DNA from: an uncultured Candidatus Rokubacteria bacterium
GTDB taxonomy: Bacteria > Methylomirabilota > Methylomirabilia > Rokubacteriales > CSP1-6
DNA length: 64,000 bases
Reading direction: 5' to 3'
Assembly (NCBI GenBank): GCA_963789955.1
Contig: CAWBMV010000034.1
Span: 32,001 to 96,000, forward strand
A program made the position numbers and the translations under genes. Under the pieces are notes generated by a model. That model did not search any database. It worked only from the letters and a program-made list of their open reading frames with translations, and had not been told where the DNA came from. Positions 1 to 10,103 of the stretch are shown piece after piece; the stretch's first letter is position 1, and each line of letters begins with the position of its first letter.

Positions 1-30
1 TGCTGGGCGGGGTATAATTCGCTCAACCCC

Positions 31-1506
31 ATGTCGACCTTGACGGATTCCAGGAAACGCGATCTCCGGCGCGAGCTGGAGTCGATCGTCGGCCCCGGCG
101 CGGTGCTGTCGGACCCCGACGAGCTGATGGTCTACGAATCCGACGGGCTGACCTTGTTCCGGGCGCTCGCTGACTTCGTCGTCTTCCCGACATCGGCCCA
201 GCACGTCTCGGCAGTCGTGAAGCTCGCGAACCGCGAGAACCTTCCGTTCGTCGCCCGCGGCGCGGGCACCGGGCTCTCGGGCGGATGCCTGCCCACCGAG
301 GGCGGCATCGTGATCTCGATGATGCGGATGAACCGGGTGCTCGAGGTCGACTACGAGAACCAGCTCGCCGTCGTCGAGCCCGGGCTCGTCAACCTGCACC
401 TCTCCTGGAAGGTCGGCCCCCGCGGCTACTACTACGCGCCCGATCCCTCGAGCCAGCAGGCGTGCACGATCGGCGGCAACATCGCCAACAACTCCGGCGG
501 CCCGCACACCTTGAAGTACGGCGTCACCACGAATCACGTGCTCGGCCTCGAAGTGGTCATGCCCGACGGCGAGATCGTGTGGCTCGGCGGCAAGACGCGG
601 GAGGCGTGCGGCTACGACCTGGCCGGCGTTTTCGTCGGCTCCGAGGGCACGTTCGGGATCGCCACGCGGATCGTCGTCCGCATCCTCAAGAAGCCGCAGG
701 CCGTCAAGACCGTGCTCGCGGTGTTCGACGCGATCGATCAGGCGTCGGCCGCCGTGTCGGCCATCATCGCGCGCGGACTCGTGCCGGCGGCGATGGAGAT
801 GATCGACCACCTGACGATCCAGGCGGTCGAGGACGCGTTCAACTGCGGCTACCCGCGCGACGCCGACGCGGCGCTCCTCATCGAGCTGGACGGGCTCGCC
901 GTCGGGATGGACGTTCAGGCCGAGCACATCGTCGAGGCGTGCCGCGAGTCGGGCGCGCGCGAGGTGCGCACGGCGCGGAGCGAGGCCGAGCGGCAGCTCC
1001 TCTGGAAGGGCCGCAAGTCCGCGTTCGGCGCGTACGGCCGCGTGTCGCCGGCCTACATGGTGATGGACGGCGTCATCCCGCGCACGAAGCTTCCGTACGT
1101 GCTCCGCCGGGTGAACGAGATCGTCGCCGCCGCGGGGCTCCGCGTCGGCAACGTGTTCCACGCCGGCGACGGCAACCTGCATCCCAACATCCTCTACGAT
1201 CCGCGCAAGCCGGGCGAGGAGGCGCGCGTCGTGGCGGCCGGCGCCGAGATCATGAAGGTGTGCGCTCAAGTTGGTGGATCGATCTCCGGCGAGCACGGCA
1301 TCGGCCTCGAGAAAGCCGACTTCATGCCGTTCATTTTTTCCGCCGCAGATCTTGCCCTCATGCATCGGCTGAAGAGCGCGTTCAATCCGTCCGGACTGTG
1401 CAACCCGGGCAAGATCTTCCCGACGAAGAAGTCCTGCGGCGAAGTCGGGCCCGTCGCGTATCGGCCGCACGCGATCGAAGAAAAGGGCCTCGCCCAGCGC
1501 TTCTAG
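31..1506 (+). CDS. glcD: FAD-linked oxidase, glycolate oxidase subunit GlcD
   Basis: RGAGTGLSGG, PDPSS, TIGGN, GSEGTFG, HAGDGNLHP and SGEHGIG motifs; first gene of a glcD-E-F order. Confidence 0.9.
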   Translation: MSTLTDSRKRDLRRELESIVGPGAVLSDPDELMVYESDGLTLFRALADFVVFPTSAQHVSAVVKLANRENLPFVARGAGTGLSGGCLPTEGGIVISMMRMNRVLEVDYENQLAVVEPGLVNLHLSWKVGPRGYYYAPDPSSQQACTIGGNIANNSGGPHTLKYGVTTNHVLGLEVVMPDGEIVWLGGKTREACGYDLAGVFVGSEGTFGIATRIVVRILKKPQAVKTVLAVFDAIDQASAAVSAIIARGLVPAAMEMIDHLTIQAVEDAFNCGYPRDADAALLIELDGLAVGMDVQAEHIVEACRESGAREVRTARSEAERQLLWKGRKSAFGAYGRVSPAYMVMDGVIPRTKLPYVLRRVNEIVAAAGLRVGNVFHAGDGNLHPNILYDPRKPGEEARVVAAGAEIMKVCAQVGGSISGEHGIGLEKADFMPFIFSAADLALMHRLKSAFNPSGLCNPGKIFPTKKSCGEVGPVAYRPHAIEEKGLAQRF

Positions 1507-1526
1507 CGCGGGCCGTCGCAGCATCC

Positions 1527-2858
1527 GTGCCCGACGCGCTGCTCCAAAAGCTCCGCACGACCGTCGGCGCCGCCAACGTCCTGACCGGCGTCGAGCTCTC
1601 GCCGTATGTCGTCGAGGGCCGCACGCCCGAGGTGGCGGTCTTTCCCGGCTCGGTCGAGGAGGTCGCCGCCGTGATGGCACTGGCCTCGGAGGTCGGCACG
1701 CCCGTCACGCCGTGGGGTGGCGGGACCGCCGCCAGCGTCGGTATGCCGGCCGGTCGCACCGGGCTCGTCCTCGGGCTGCGCCGGCTCGGCCGGCTTCTCG
1801 ATCATGAGCCCGGCGACCTGACCGCGACGGTCGAGGCGGGCATGACGGTCCGGGCGTTTCAGACGGCGCTGGGGAGCCGCGGCCAGTGGCTGTCGCTCGA
1901 TCCCGCCGACGCCGAACGCGCGACGGTCGGCGGCGTGCTCGCGACGAACGCGTGCGGGCCGCGGCGCCACCTCTACGGCACGGCGCGGGACGTCCTGATC
2001 GGCGTGACCGTCGTGACGGCCGATGGCTCCATCGTGAAGGGCGGCGGCAAGGTCGTGAAGAACGTCGCCGGCTACGATCTGCCGAAGCTCTTCATCGGCT
2101 CGTACGGCACCCTGGGCGTGATCGTCGAGGCGACCGTCAAGCTTCGACCGTTGCCCGAGCAGGAAGAGCTCGTGTCGGTCCGCTTCGATCGTCTCAAGGA
2201 CGCGGGCTCGGCGGTGAAAGCCGTCGCGGCCAGCGACCTGATCCCGAACGCGGTCGAGCTCCTCGACAGCGCCGGCGCGAGCGGCGCCGGACTCGCGGCA
2301 GGCTCTCCGACGCCGGGTGGTGTATTGGTCGTCGGATTCGACGGGGTCCGCGAGCAGGTCGACTGGCAGCGCGCCGAGCTCGCGCGCCTGACCGGACCGC
2401 TCGGAGGGCGCGACCCGAGGCTCCTCGACGCGGCCGCATGGACCCGGCTGCCGACGGCCGCGCGCGCGGCATTCTCGACGACGGCGGCCGTGATGGCCCT
2501 CGCGGTGTTGCCGAGCCAGGTCGCGGAGATCATGGAGCAGGGCGCGGGCATCGCCCGCGGACGCGGGCTCCAGAGCGCGTGGGCCGCCCACGCGGGGGTC
2601 GGCGTCGTGCGCGGCGCGCTCGCGTCGGAGCCGGCGCCGAAGGACCCCGCGGCGCTCGCCGTCGTCCTCGCCGAGTGGCGCGAGATGGCTCGCGCCGGCG
2701 GCGGTTACGCGAATCTCGAATGGGCGCCGCTCGCGATCAAATCGCAGATCCCGGTGTGGGACGATCCGGGCGCCGCCGGCCGGATCATGGAGCGCATCAA
2801 AGCGCAGCTCGATCCGCGGAACATCCTGAACCCCGGCCGCTTCGTCGCCGGGATCTGA
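1527..2858 (+). CDS. glcE: Glycolate oxidase FAD-binding subunit GlcE-like
   Basis: C-terminal part of ORF 285..2858 from GTG 1527; HEPGDLTATVEAG, GGKVVKNVAGYDL, LDPRNILNPGRF. Confidence 0.85.
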   Translation: MPDALLQKLRTTVGAANVLTGVELSPYVVEGRTPEVAVFPGSVEEVAAVMALASEVGTPVTPWGGGTAASVGMPAGRTGLVLGLRRLGRLLDHEPGDLTATVEAGMTVRAFQTALGSRGQWLSLDPADAERATVGGVLATNACGPRRHLYGTARDVLIGVTVVTADGSIVKGGGKVVKNVAGYDLPKLFIGSYGTLGVIVEATVKLRPLPEQEELVSVRFDRLKDAGSAVKAVAASDLIPNAVELLDSAGASGAGLAAGSPTPGGVLVVGFDGVREQVDWQRAELARLTGPLGGRDPRLLDAAAWTRLPTAARAAFSTTAAVMALAVLPSQVAEIMEQGAGIARGRGLQSAWAAHAGVGVVRGALASEPAPKDPAALAVVLAEWREMARAGGGYANLEWAPLAIKSQIPVWDDPGAAGRIMERIKAQLDPRNILNPGRFVAGI

Positions 2859-2892
2859 GCGCATGATCGCTTCGGAGGTCGACGGCTAGCGC

Positions 2893-4227
2893 ATGGACAC
2901 GACGACTCACACATCACCACCAGCCCCCACCGGGCCGCTCACCCTGCATGGGCTGTCGGTGGACGGCGTCAACCAGTGCGTGCATTGCGGGCTCTGTCTC
3001 GCGTACTGTCCGACGTTCTCGGAGCTCGGGACCGAGATGGACTCGCCGCGCGGACGGATCTTCATCATCAAGTCGCTCGCCGAAGGCCGGATGAGCCTGA
3101 GCGACTCGACGGTGCGCCATCTGTCGCTGTGCCTCGACTGCCGCGCCTGCGAGACCGTGTGTCCCGCCGGCGTGCCGTACGGGCGCCTGATCGAAGCGGC
3201 CAAGGCCGAGATCGAGCGCGACCGGCCGGGTGCGCTCGGGCGCCGGCTCTTTCGCTGGCTCAACTTCGGGCTCTTGCTCGGACATCCGCGCCTGCTCGGC
3301 CTCGCCGCCTCCGGCGCGCGCTTCTATCAGGCGAGCGGGCTGCAGCGTTTGGTCCGTAAGTCGGGCCTCGTGCGGCTCCTGCCCGGGACCCTGCCGGCGT
3401 GGGAGGCGCTCCTGCCGCCGGTGCCGGCGAGGAGTGAACGGACGGCGCCGCCGGCCGTGACGCGCGCCGAGGGAACCCGCCGCGCGCGCGTCGCGCTGCT
3501 GACCGGATGCGTCCAGTCCGTCATCTTCGCGGCGCACAACCGCGCGACCGCGCGCGTGCTCGCGAAGAACGGCTGCGAGGTGGTGGTGCCCGCCGGACAG
3601 GGCTGCTGCGGGGCGCTGAATGCGCACGGCGGCGATCACGAGCGTGCCCTGACGATGGCGCGCCAGACGATCGATGCGTTCGAGGCCGCGCGTGCCGACG
3701 CGGTCGTCGTGAACACGTCGGGCTGCGGCGCCCACATGAAGGCGTACGGCCACCTGCTCGCCGACGATCGCGCGTACGCCGAGCGCGCCAGGCGATTCGC
3801 CGCCTCCGTCCGCGATCTCGCCGAGTTTCTCGCGCAGGAGCCGCTGCGCGGCCCGCTCTCGCCGGTTCCGCTGACGTGCACGTATCACGATCCGTGTCAC
3901 GTGGTGCACGGCCAGAAGATCAAGAGCGAGCCCCGCAAGCTCCTGGCGCAGATTCCAGGGCTGCGGGTCGTGGAGCTCACCGAGTCGGACTGGTGCTGCG
4001 GCTCCGCGGGCATCTACAACCTCACCGAGCCCGAGATGGCCACGCGTCTGCTGCATCGAAAGGTCAGCCACGTGCTCGCGACGGGCGCCGAGGCGGTCGT
4101 GACGGCGAATCCGGGCTGCATTCTGCAGATCCAGGCCGGGCTCGGCGCGCACGACACGAGCGTTCGGGTCATGCATCTCGTCGAGATTCTCGATCGCGCC
4201 TACGGGGGTCCCGGAGGCGAGCGATGA
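2893..4227 (+). CDS. glcF: Glycolate oxidase iron-sulfur subunit GlcF
   Basis: Two CxxCxxCxxxCP ferredoxin motifs plus two CCG domains (GCCGA, YHDPCH, WCCGSAG, NPGC). Confidence 0.9.
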   Translation: MDTTTHTSPPAPTGPLTLHGLSVDGVNQCVHCGLCLAYCPTFSELGTEMDSPRGRIFIIKSLAEGRMSLSDSTVRHLSLCLDCRACETVCPAGVPYGRLIEAAKAEIERDRPGALGRRLFRWLNFGLLLGHPRLLGLAASGARFYQASGLQRLVRKSGLVRLLPGTLPAWEALLPPVPARSERTAPPAVTRAEGTRRARVALLTGCVQSVIFAAHNRATARVLAKNGCEVVVPAGQGCCGALNAHGGDHERALTMARQTIDAFEAARADAVVVNTSGCGAHMKAYGHLLADDRAYAERARRFAASVRDLAEFLAQEPLRGPLSPVPLTCTYHDPCHVVHGQKIKSEPRKLLAQIPGLRVVELTESDWCCGSAGIYNLTEPEMATRLLHRKVSHVLATGAEAVVTANPGCILQIQAGLGAHDTSVRVMHLVEILDRAYGGPGGER

Positions 4228-4745
4228 GCCGGCCCGACAGTACGCCCGCTCGAGCACCAGCGCCACCGCACCGCGCTCGATCGGCTGCTGGGTGCTGACC
4301 GTCTCCGACACGAAGACGCCGGAGACGGATACGAGCGGCCAGCTCATCCGAAAGCTCCTGGCGGACGCCGGCCATCGCGTGGTCGGCTCGATCCATCGTT
4401 CGCGACGAGCCGAAGGATGTTCAGCGGGTGATCCGCGAGGCGTGCGCGAACGACGAGGTGCGCGCCGTGCTCGTGACCGGCGGCACGGGAGTCACGTCGC
4501 GCGATTCGACGTACGAAGCGATCGAGGCCTTGCTCGACAAGCGGCTTCCCGGATTCGGCGAGCTGTTCCGGATGCTCTCGTACCAGGAGATCGGGGCCGC
4601 CGCGATGATGTCGCGCGCCCAGCTCGGCGTGCACGCCGGTCGCATCGTCGTCTCGATGCCCGGCTCGCCGAACGCGTGCCGACTCGCGCTCGAGAAGCTC
4701 GTCATTCCGGAGCTTTCCCACCTGATCCGCGAGGTCAGCCGCTAG
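4224..4745 (+). CDS. moaB: Molybdenum cofactor biosynthesis protein MoaB/MogA family (frameshifted, probably sequencing indels)
   Basis: ATG overlaps the glcF stop; VLTVSDT..DTSG in one frame and TGGTG..RDSTYEA, PGFGELFR, SRA, PGSPNA in another. Confidence 0.8.
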
Positions 4746-4805
4746 TCGGTTGCCCGCCCGGTCCGCCGCCCTCGCGGCGGCGTATACTGCTCGGGGAGGA
4801 TTTCG

Positions 4806-5975
4806 ATGTCCGCGTCGCCCGTCCGCGCGCTGGTCGTCCTGCTGGCTCTCGTCATCCTGGCAAGTGGATGCGCCGGTCCGTCGACCGCGGCCGGGCCCAA
4901 GCCCTGGCGAGAGAGCCCGGACACCGCCGCCGCGCCGGAGCTCGGCCGGGTCAACGACCTGCTCGCGGATCTCGCGGAGCGCCTGAGGCCCGGGCTCGTC
5001 TACGTCCGCGTCCAGCGCGCGACGACGGCGCCGAAGGACGAGCCGCCGATCCGTGAAGAGCCGGGCGAGCCGCGCCGGGCCACCGGGTCCGGGTTCATCA
5101 TCGACCCGAGCGGGCTGATCGTCACCAACGCCCACGTGATCGAAAGCGCGGGACAGATTCAGGTGCGTCTGGAAGACGGGCGGCGATTCCCGGCGACCGT
5201 CGTCGGTCGCGACAACCGCGTCGATCTGGCCCTGCTCAAGATCGACGGCGCCACCAAGCTGACGGTGCTCCCGCTCGGCGACTCGAACCGCCTGCGCGTC
5301 GGCGAGCTCGTGCTGGCGCTCGGCAACCCATTCGGGCTCGAGCAGAGCGTGTCGATGGGGATCGTGAGCCGCAAGGGCGCTCCGCTGACGGTGGCGGCAC
5401 CGGGGTTCGACTTCATCCAGACCGACGCGGCGATCAATCCAGGCAACTCGGGCGGGCCGCTCGTGAACATGTCGGGCCAAGTCATCGGCGTCAACAGCAT
5501 GGTGGCGCGGAACATGTCGATCGGCTTCGCGATTCCCTCGAACCTCGTCAAGCTGCTCCTGCCGCAGCTCGCCTCGAAGGGCCGCGTCGACTGGGGCTGG
5601 CTCGGTGTCGCCATCGCCGAGGTGACGGAAGACGACATCGGCCGACTCAAGCTGCGCGAGCCCCGCGGCGTGCTGGTCCGCAGCGTGATGCCGGGCGAGC
5701 CGGCGGACAAGGGCGGCGTGCGCGCCGACGACGTGATAGTCGGAATCGACGGAACGCGCCTGGAGAGCCCGCGCGACCTGCAGCGGGTGGTCTCGTCCAC
5801 GCCGGTCGGCAAGAAGGTCCGAGTCGTCCTGTTGCGCGAAGGTCAGGAGACCGAGCTCGAGGTCACGATCGGCCTGTACCAGGAGCGCGAGGCCGTCCCG
5901 GTCGATGCGCCGCGGCGCGGGCCGCGCCCGACCGAACCCCCCAAGGACACACCGCCGAAAGAAGATCCGAAGTAG
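4806..5975 (+). CDS. HtrA/DegP-family trypsin-like serine protease with PDZ domain, probable lipoprotein
   Basis: Intact triad motifs TNAHV, DLALL, GNSGGPL; LASGC lipobox; C-terminal PDZ. Confidence 0.9.
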   Translation: MSASPVRALVVLLALVILASGCAGPSTAAGPKPWRESPDTAAAPELGRVNDLLADLAERLRPGLVYVRVQRATTAPKDEPPIREEPGEPRRATGSGFIIDPSGLIVTNAHVIESAGQIQVRLEDGRRFPATVVGRDNRVDLALLKIDGATKLTVLPLGDSNRLRVGELVLALGNPFGLEQSVSMGIVSRKGAPLTVAAPGFDFIQTDAAINPGNSGGPLVNMSGQVIGVNSMVARNMSIGFAIPSNLVKLLLPQLASKGRVDWGWLGVAIAEVTEDDIGRLKLREPRGVLVRSVMPGEPADKGGVRADDVIVGIDGTRLESPRDLQRVVSSTPVGKKVRVVLLREGQETELEVTIGLYQEREAVPVDAPRRGPRPTEPPKDTPPKEDPK

Positions 5976-6476
5976 TCAGGCGCGCGCGCGCGGCTCTGCG
6001 AGCGCGGCCAGGGTGGCGCGCGCCCAGGGCTCGTCGAGCGTCGGCGCCGGCGCGTAGCGCAGACCGCTCGTGATCCGCATGCCGCCTTCCCAATCCGCCG
6101 CGGCGTCCTCGAGCACCTCGTCGACCTCCAGCAGGAAATAGCCCAGCCCGTACTCGCCCGCGTCGGCGACCGGCAAGGGCCCGTCGACCGCGCGCAGCTT
6201 CACGTACACGGTCACGTCCGGCTCGATCACCAGCAAGGTTGCCGCGCCGCGCTCGGCCAGATTGCTCGCGCTGCGCGTGCGCGCGCCGATCACGAGGCCG
6301 ACCGTTCTCGTGTCGTAGGCGCGGATCTCGAGATACGAGAGCAGCATGGGGTGCGGCCGCCCGTCCGCATCGATCGTGACGAACGGCAGCGCGGCCCCGA
6401 GCCGGCGGGCGAGATCTCGCTGAGCGAAGCGTTCGACGAGGGGCTGCGAAAGGGATCGTCCGAGCGATCGAGTCAT
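5976..6476 (-). CDS. Pyridoxamine 5'-phosphate oxidase-like (split-barrel flavin-binding) protein
   Basis: FVTIDADGRPH and RSASNL..G.ATL patterns. Confidence 0.65.
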   Translation of the reverse strand: MTRSLGRSLSQPLVERFAQRDLARRLGAALPFVTIDADGRPHPMLLSYLEIRAYDTRTVGLVIGARTRSASNLAERGAATLLVIEPDVTVYVKLRAVDGPLPVADAGEYGLGYFLLEVDEVLEDAAADWEGGMRITSGLRYAPAPTLDEPWARATLAALAEPRARA

Positions 6477-6495
6477 GGCTCGTAGTTTCTGGAAG

Positions 6496-6522
6496 TGTCA
6501 TGGCACTGACAAGGGCTTGTCA
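6496..6522. promoter_or_regulatory. Overlapping palindromes TGTCA-N6-TGACA and TGACAAG-N2-CTTGTCA covering a minus-strand TTGACA -35 box; candidate operator
   Basis: Sequence tgtcatggcactgacaagggcttgtca in the divergent intergenic region. Confidence 0.5.
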
Positions 6523-6623
6523 ATCTGCGCCGGCGCGCGCGGTCAAGTTCGCAATTCGATGTGAATCCTCAACGTGGTGTTCGCCTTGCACCCAAGCGAG
6601 TGGTGAAGGGGAAAAACGACCTG

Positions 6624-7187
6624 ATGGGTTCCGCGAATCTCCGGCTCCTGCTGCTCGCCAGTGCCCTCCTCGCGACGGCGGCCTGCTCCACGGGCGGTGA
6701 AGCCCCCGGCCTGTCGCCGCGGTCGGCCGGGTACGTTCCGGCCGAGCGCCACCGGACGGCGATGACGACGCGGGTCGCCCTGTCGCTGCCGCTGGAATCC
6801 AGCGAGCCCGCGGTCGACAAGGACGGGCTGTTGCCCGACGAGCCCGCGGTGCCCGACATTGCCGGACGCTGGACCGGAATGTGGAGCGGGGTGGGCGTGA
6901 TGAACCGGCGCGTGAGCGTGGCGCGAGCCGAGTTCACGCAGGCGGGTCGATGGGGCTGGGGCACGATCGTGCTCTCCGACACCCTCGCGGCCGACGTGCC
7001 GGCGGTCGTGACCTATCGCGGAGCGCTGGGCGTGCCGGTCGTGTTCGACGTGTTTCAGACGCGCATCATCATGAAGCACGAATCGGGAGGCAACCACCTC
7101 TCGGCGGTGTTCCGGGTCGACGGCGATCGCATGCTCGGCGCGCTGCGCGGCCACGACACGCTCATCGTGCTCTCTCGCGAACGATGA
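6624..7187 (+). CDS. Hypothetical lipoprotein
   Basis: Hydrophobic N-terminus ending ATAAC (lipobox-like); GRWTGMWSG beta-rich domain; start uncertain (6561 or 6624). Confidence 0.55.
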   Translation: MGSANLRLLLLASALLATAACSTGGEAPGLSPRSAGYVPAERHRTAMTTRVALSLPLESSEPAVDKDGLLPDEPAVPDIAGRWTGMWSGVGVMNRRVSVARAEFTQAGRWGWGTIVLSDTLAADVPAVVTYRGALGVPVVFDVFQTRIIMKHESGGNHLSAVFRVDGDRMLGALRGHDTLIVLSRER

Positions 7188-7378
7188 GCCGCCGACTCGG
7201 TCTTCGACTCGTTCCCGATCGCGTCGTCGACGAGCGCGACGACCCGCCGAGCGACGCGGAAGAGCTCAGCCTCGAACAGCTGGACCAGATCGCACGCCGG
7301 GCGCCACGCGACGAGCCGGAGATCCGCGATCAGCCGCCCGCTTTGGGAGCGACCCCCGCCGCCACGCCCTCGCGGTGA
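7184..7378 (+). CDS. Possible small hypothetical protein ([13 protein letters not shown]...)
   Basis: ATGA overlap with the upstream stop; 3' end overlaps the moeB 3' end on the opposite strand. Confidence 0.25.
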   Translation: MSRRLGLRLVPDRVVDERDDPPSDAEELSLEQLDQIARRAPRDEPEIRDQPPALGATPAATPSR

Positions 7379-8559
7379 CCGTCGGTCGTCGACACTTCGC
7401 AGGCGGCGCCCGCGCCGTTTCGGTGGACCGCAAGATCGGTGATCGTGGGCGAGGTCCCGCAGAGCGGGCACTTCGGATCGCGGCGCAGCCTGACCTCGCG
7501 GAAGCGCATCCCGAGCGCGTCGTAGGTGAGGAGCCGGCCGATCAGCGGCTCGCCGATGCCGAGCAGGAGCTTCACGGCCTCCGTCGCCTGAATCGTTCCA
7601 ACCACTCCTGGGAGCACGCCCAGGACGCCAGCCTCGCTTCAGGAGGGGACGAGACCCGGCGGCGGCGGCGTCGGATAGAGGCACCGATAGCAGGGCCCCT
7701 GATTCGGCGCGAACACCGTCGCCATGCCCTCGAACTGGAAGATCGACCCGTGGACGTTGGTCTTGCCGGCCAGGTAGCAGGCGTCGTTCACCAGATAGCG
7801 CGTCTCGAAGTTGTCCGAGCCGTCGACGATCAGGTCGTAGTCCTTGATGATGTCCATCACGTTGTCGACGGTGATGCGCGTCGGCAGCGCGACGATGTTG
7901 ACGTCCGGGTTGAGGGCCTTCAGGGTGCGCGTCGCGGACTCGACCTTCGGCTTGCCGACGTCGGCGGTCGTGTGAAGGATCTGGCGCTGAAGATTCGTGA
8001 TGTCGACGGTGTCGCCGTCCATCAGCCCGAGCGTCCCCACGCCGGCCGCCGCCAGATAGAAGGCCGTCGGCGAGCCCAGACCGCCGGCGCCGATCAGGAG
8101 GACCTTGGAGCGCAGGAGCTTGCGCTGCCCCTTGTCTCCGACCTGAGGCAGGAGGAAGTGACGGCTGTAGCGCTGGATCTGGTCCTGAGTCATCGGGACG
8201 TCGCGGACGGTCGGCATGCCCGACTGCACCCACTTCTGGTACCCGCCCTGAAGGTTGATGACCGTCGAGTAGCCCAAATCTTTCAGAGCCTTCGCGGCGA
8301 GCATGGACCGAAGCCCGGTCTGGCAGTAGAGCACGACCGGGGTCGAGGGGTCGCTCACGGCGGTCCCGACCCGGAACTCGAGGAATCCGCGGCTGATGTT
8401 GGTCGCCGCCTCGAGATGGCCGTCGCGGAACTCGTCGGGATCCCGTACGTCAATGACCACGATCTTTTCGCCCGCGGCGAGACGGCGGGCGACCTCGGCC
8501 GGCCCCTCCTCGGGAACGACCTGCCGCGCTTCACCGAGCATGTCCTTCAGGGTCTTCAT
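7330..8559 (-). CDS. moeB: Rhodanese-MoeB (ThiF-family adenylyltransferase) fusion, probable selenoprotein (Sec307)
   Basis: N-terminal rhodanese ([15 protein letters not shown]); RYSRH, GAGGLG, DGSDNF, CYRC, C-terminal CPLC; ORFs 7639..8613 and 7330..7617 are in one frame, separated by TGA in PGLVPS*SEAGVLG. Confidence 0.85.
7606..7625 (-). promoter_or_regulatory. Candidate bacterial SECIS hairpin
   Basis: UCCUGGG-CGUGCU-CCCAGGA 7-bp stem starting 13 nt after the in-frame UGA (7641-7639). Confidence 0.6.
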
Positions 8560-8664
8560 GGTGTCGATTTTACCATTACCGTCATTCCCGGTCGGTTCGA
8601 GGGTGATCCGCAATCCAGGACCCTTCGCTCCGGCCGAACGCGGCTGCTATACTCACAGAATTCC

Positions 8665-9549
8665 ATGACGAATTCCATCAAGGGAATCATCCTCGCAGGT
8701 GGATCGGGAACGCGACTTTACCCGCTGACCCACGCCGTGAGCAAGCAGCTGGTCCCGATCTACAACAAGCCGATGATCTACTACCCCCTCTCCACCTTGA
8801 TGCTCGCGGGCATCTCGAAGGTTCTCGTGATCACGACCCCGCAAGATCAGGACGCCTTCCGGAGGCTGCTCGGCGACGGAAGGCACCTGGGGCTCAGCAT
8901 CGAGTACGCCGCGCAGCCCAAGCCCGAGGGCCTGGCCCAGGCGTTCATCATCGGCCGGCGCTTCGTGGGGAATGACCGAGTGGCCCTGGCCCTGGGCGAC
9001 AACGTCTTCTACGGCCACGGCTTGCCGGAGTATCTCAAGCACGCCGCCGACCGCCCGGCCGGCGCGACGGTGTTCGCCTACTGGGTCCGCGATCCCGAGC
9101 GCTACGGGGTCGTCGAGTTCGGCGCCGACGGCCGCGCGGTCGGGCTCGAGGAAAAGCCGGTCAAGCCGCGTTCCTCGTACGCCGTCACCGGGCTCTACTT
9201 CTACGACAACCAGGTGCTCGACATCGCGGCGGGTCTCAAGCCGTCGGCGCGCGGCGAGCTCGAGATCACCGACGTGAACGCCGCCTATCTGCGGCGCGGG
9301 CAGCTCCAGGTCGAGAAGCTCGGCCGCGGGATCGCGTGGCTCGACACCGGGACCCATGAGGCACTCCTGGACGCGTCGACCTTCATCCGCACGATCGAGG
9401 AGCGGCAGGGGCTGATGGTCGCGTGCGTGGAGGAGATCGCGTTCCGCATGGGCTACATCACGAGCGACGACGTGCTCCGCATCGGGCGTTCGATGAAGGA
9501 CAACTCGTACGGGCAGTATCTGTTGCGCCTGTTCGAGTCCGAGCCGTAA
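8665..9549 (+). CDS. rfbA: Glucose-1-phosphate thymidylyltransferase
   Basis: [48 protein letters not shown]. Confidence 0.95.
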   Translation: MTNSIKGIILAGGSGTRLYPLTHAVSKQLVPIYNKPMIYYPLSTLMLAGISKVLVITTPQDQDAFRRLLGDGRHLGLSIEYAAQPKPEGLAQAFIIGRRFVGNDRVALALGDNVFYGHGLPEYLKHAADRPAGATVFAYWVRDPERYGVVEFGADGRAVGLEEKPVKPRSSYAVTGLYFYDNQVLDIAAGLKPSARGELEITDVNAAYLRRGQLQVEKLGRGIAWLDTGTHEALLDASTFIRTIEERQGLMVACVEEIAFRMGYITSDDVLRIGRSMKDNSYGQYLLRLFESEP

Positions 9550-9562
9550 GATCGGGACCTCG

Positions 9563-10099
9563 ATGGATCTCACGCCCGCCGCCAAGCGCGCCTACCAGGT
9601 CCAGTCGTACGGCCCCGCTCCGACGATCGAAGGCGTCCAGATCGTCGAGCTCAAGCGCTTCTCGGACGACGGTGGGAGCATGACCGAGCTGGCGCGTCTG
9701 ACCGACGGACATCCCCAGGCGTTCGACGGCTTCTCCGTTCGCCAGATCAACTACAGCGAGGTCGAGCCCGGCGCGATCAAGGCGTTTCATCTCCACCAGC
9801 GCCAGACGGATATCTGGTACGTGCCCCCGTCCGACCGGATGCTCGTCGTGCTGGTCGACGTGCGGGTGGGCTCGAAGACCGAGGGGACGCGCATGCGTCT
9901 CACCCTGGGCGCGGGGGGCTCTCGCATGGTGCGCATCCCGCCCGGCGTCGCGCACGGCGTGTGCAATCTCTCGTCCGCGCCGGGCCGCATCATCTACTTC
10001 ACCGACGTCCATTTCTCGCCCGAGCCCGCGATGTGCGACGAGGGCCGGTTGCCGTGGGACTATGCCGGCGCAGAGATCTGGGACGTGACGCGAGGGTAG
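9563..10099 (+). CDS. rfbC: dTDP-4-dehydrorhamnose 3,5-epimerase family protein
   Basis: D.GG...E, Q.NYS, KAFHLH, IPPGVAHG; lies between rfbA and rfbB. Confidence 0.8.
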   Translation: MDLTPAAKRAYQVQSYGPAPTIEGVQIVELKRFSDDGGSMTELARLTDGHPQAFDGFSVRQINYSEVEPGAIKAFHLHQRQTDIWYVPPSDRMLVVLVDVRVGSKTEGTRMRLTLGAGGSRMVRIPPGVAHGVCNLSSAPGRIIYFTDVHFSPEPAMCDEGRLPWDYAGAEIWDVTRG

Positions 10100-10103
10100 G
10101 GCG

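Noticed and set aside
285..1526. N-terminal extension of the 857-aa ORF and the many long Arg/Ala/Gly-rich overlapping or antisense ORFs (for example 38378..41416 and 55137..57713)
   Set aside because: Shadow frames expected at this GC content; no motifs, and they overlap well-supported genes.
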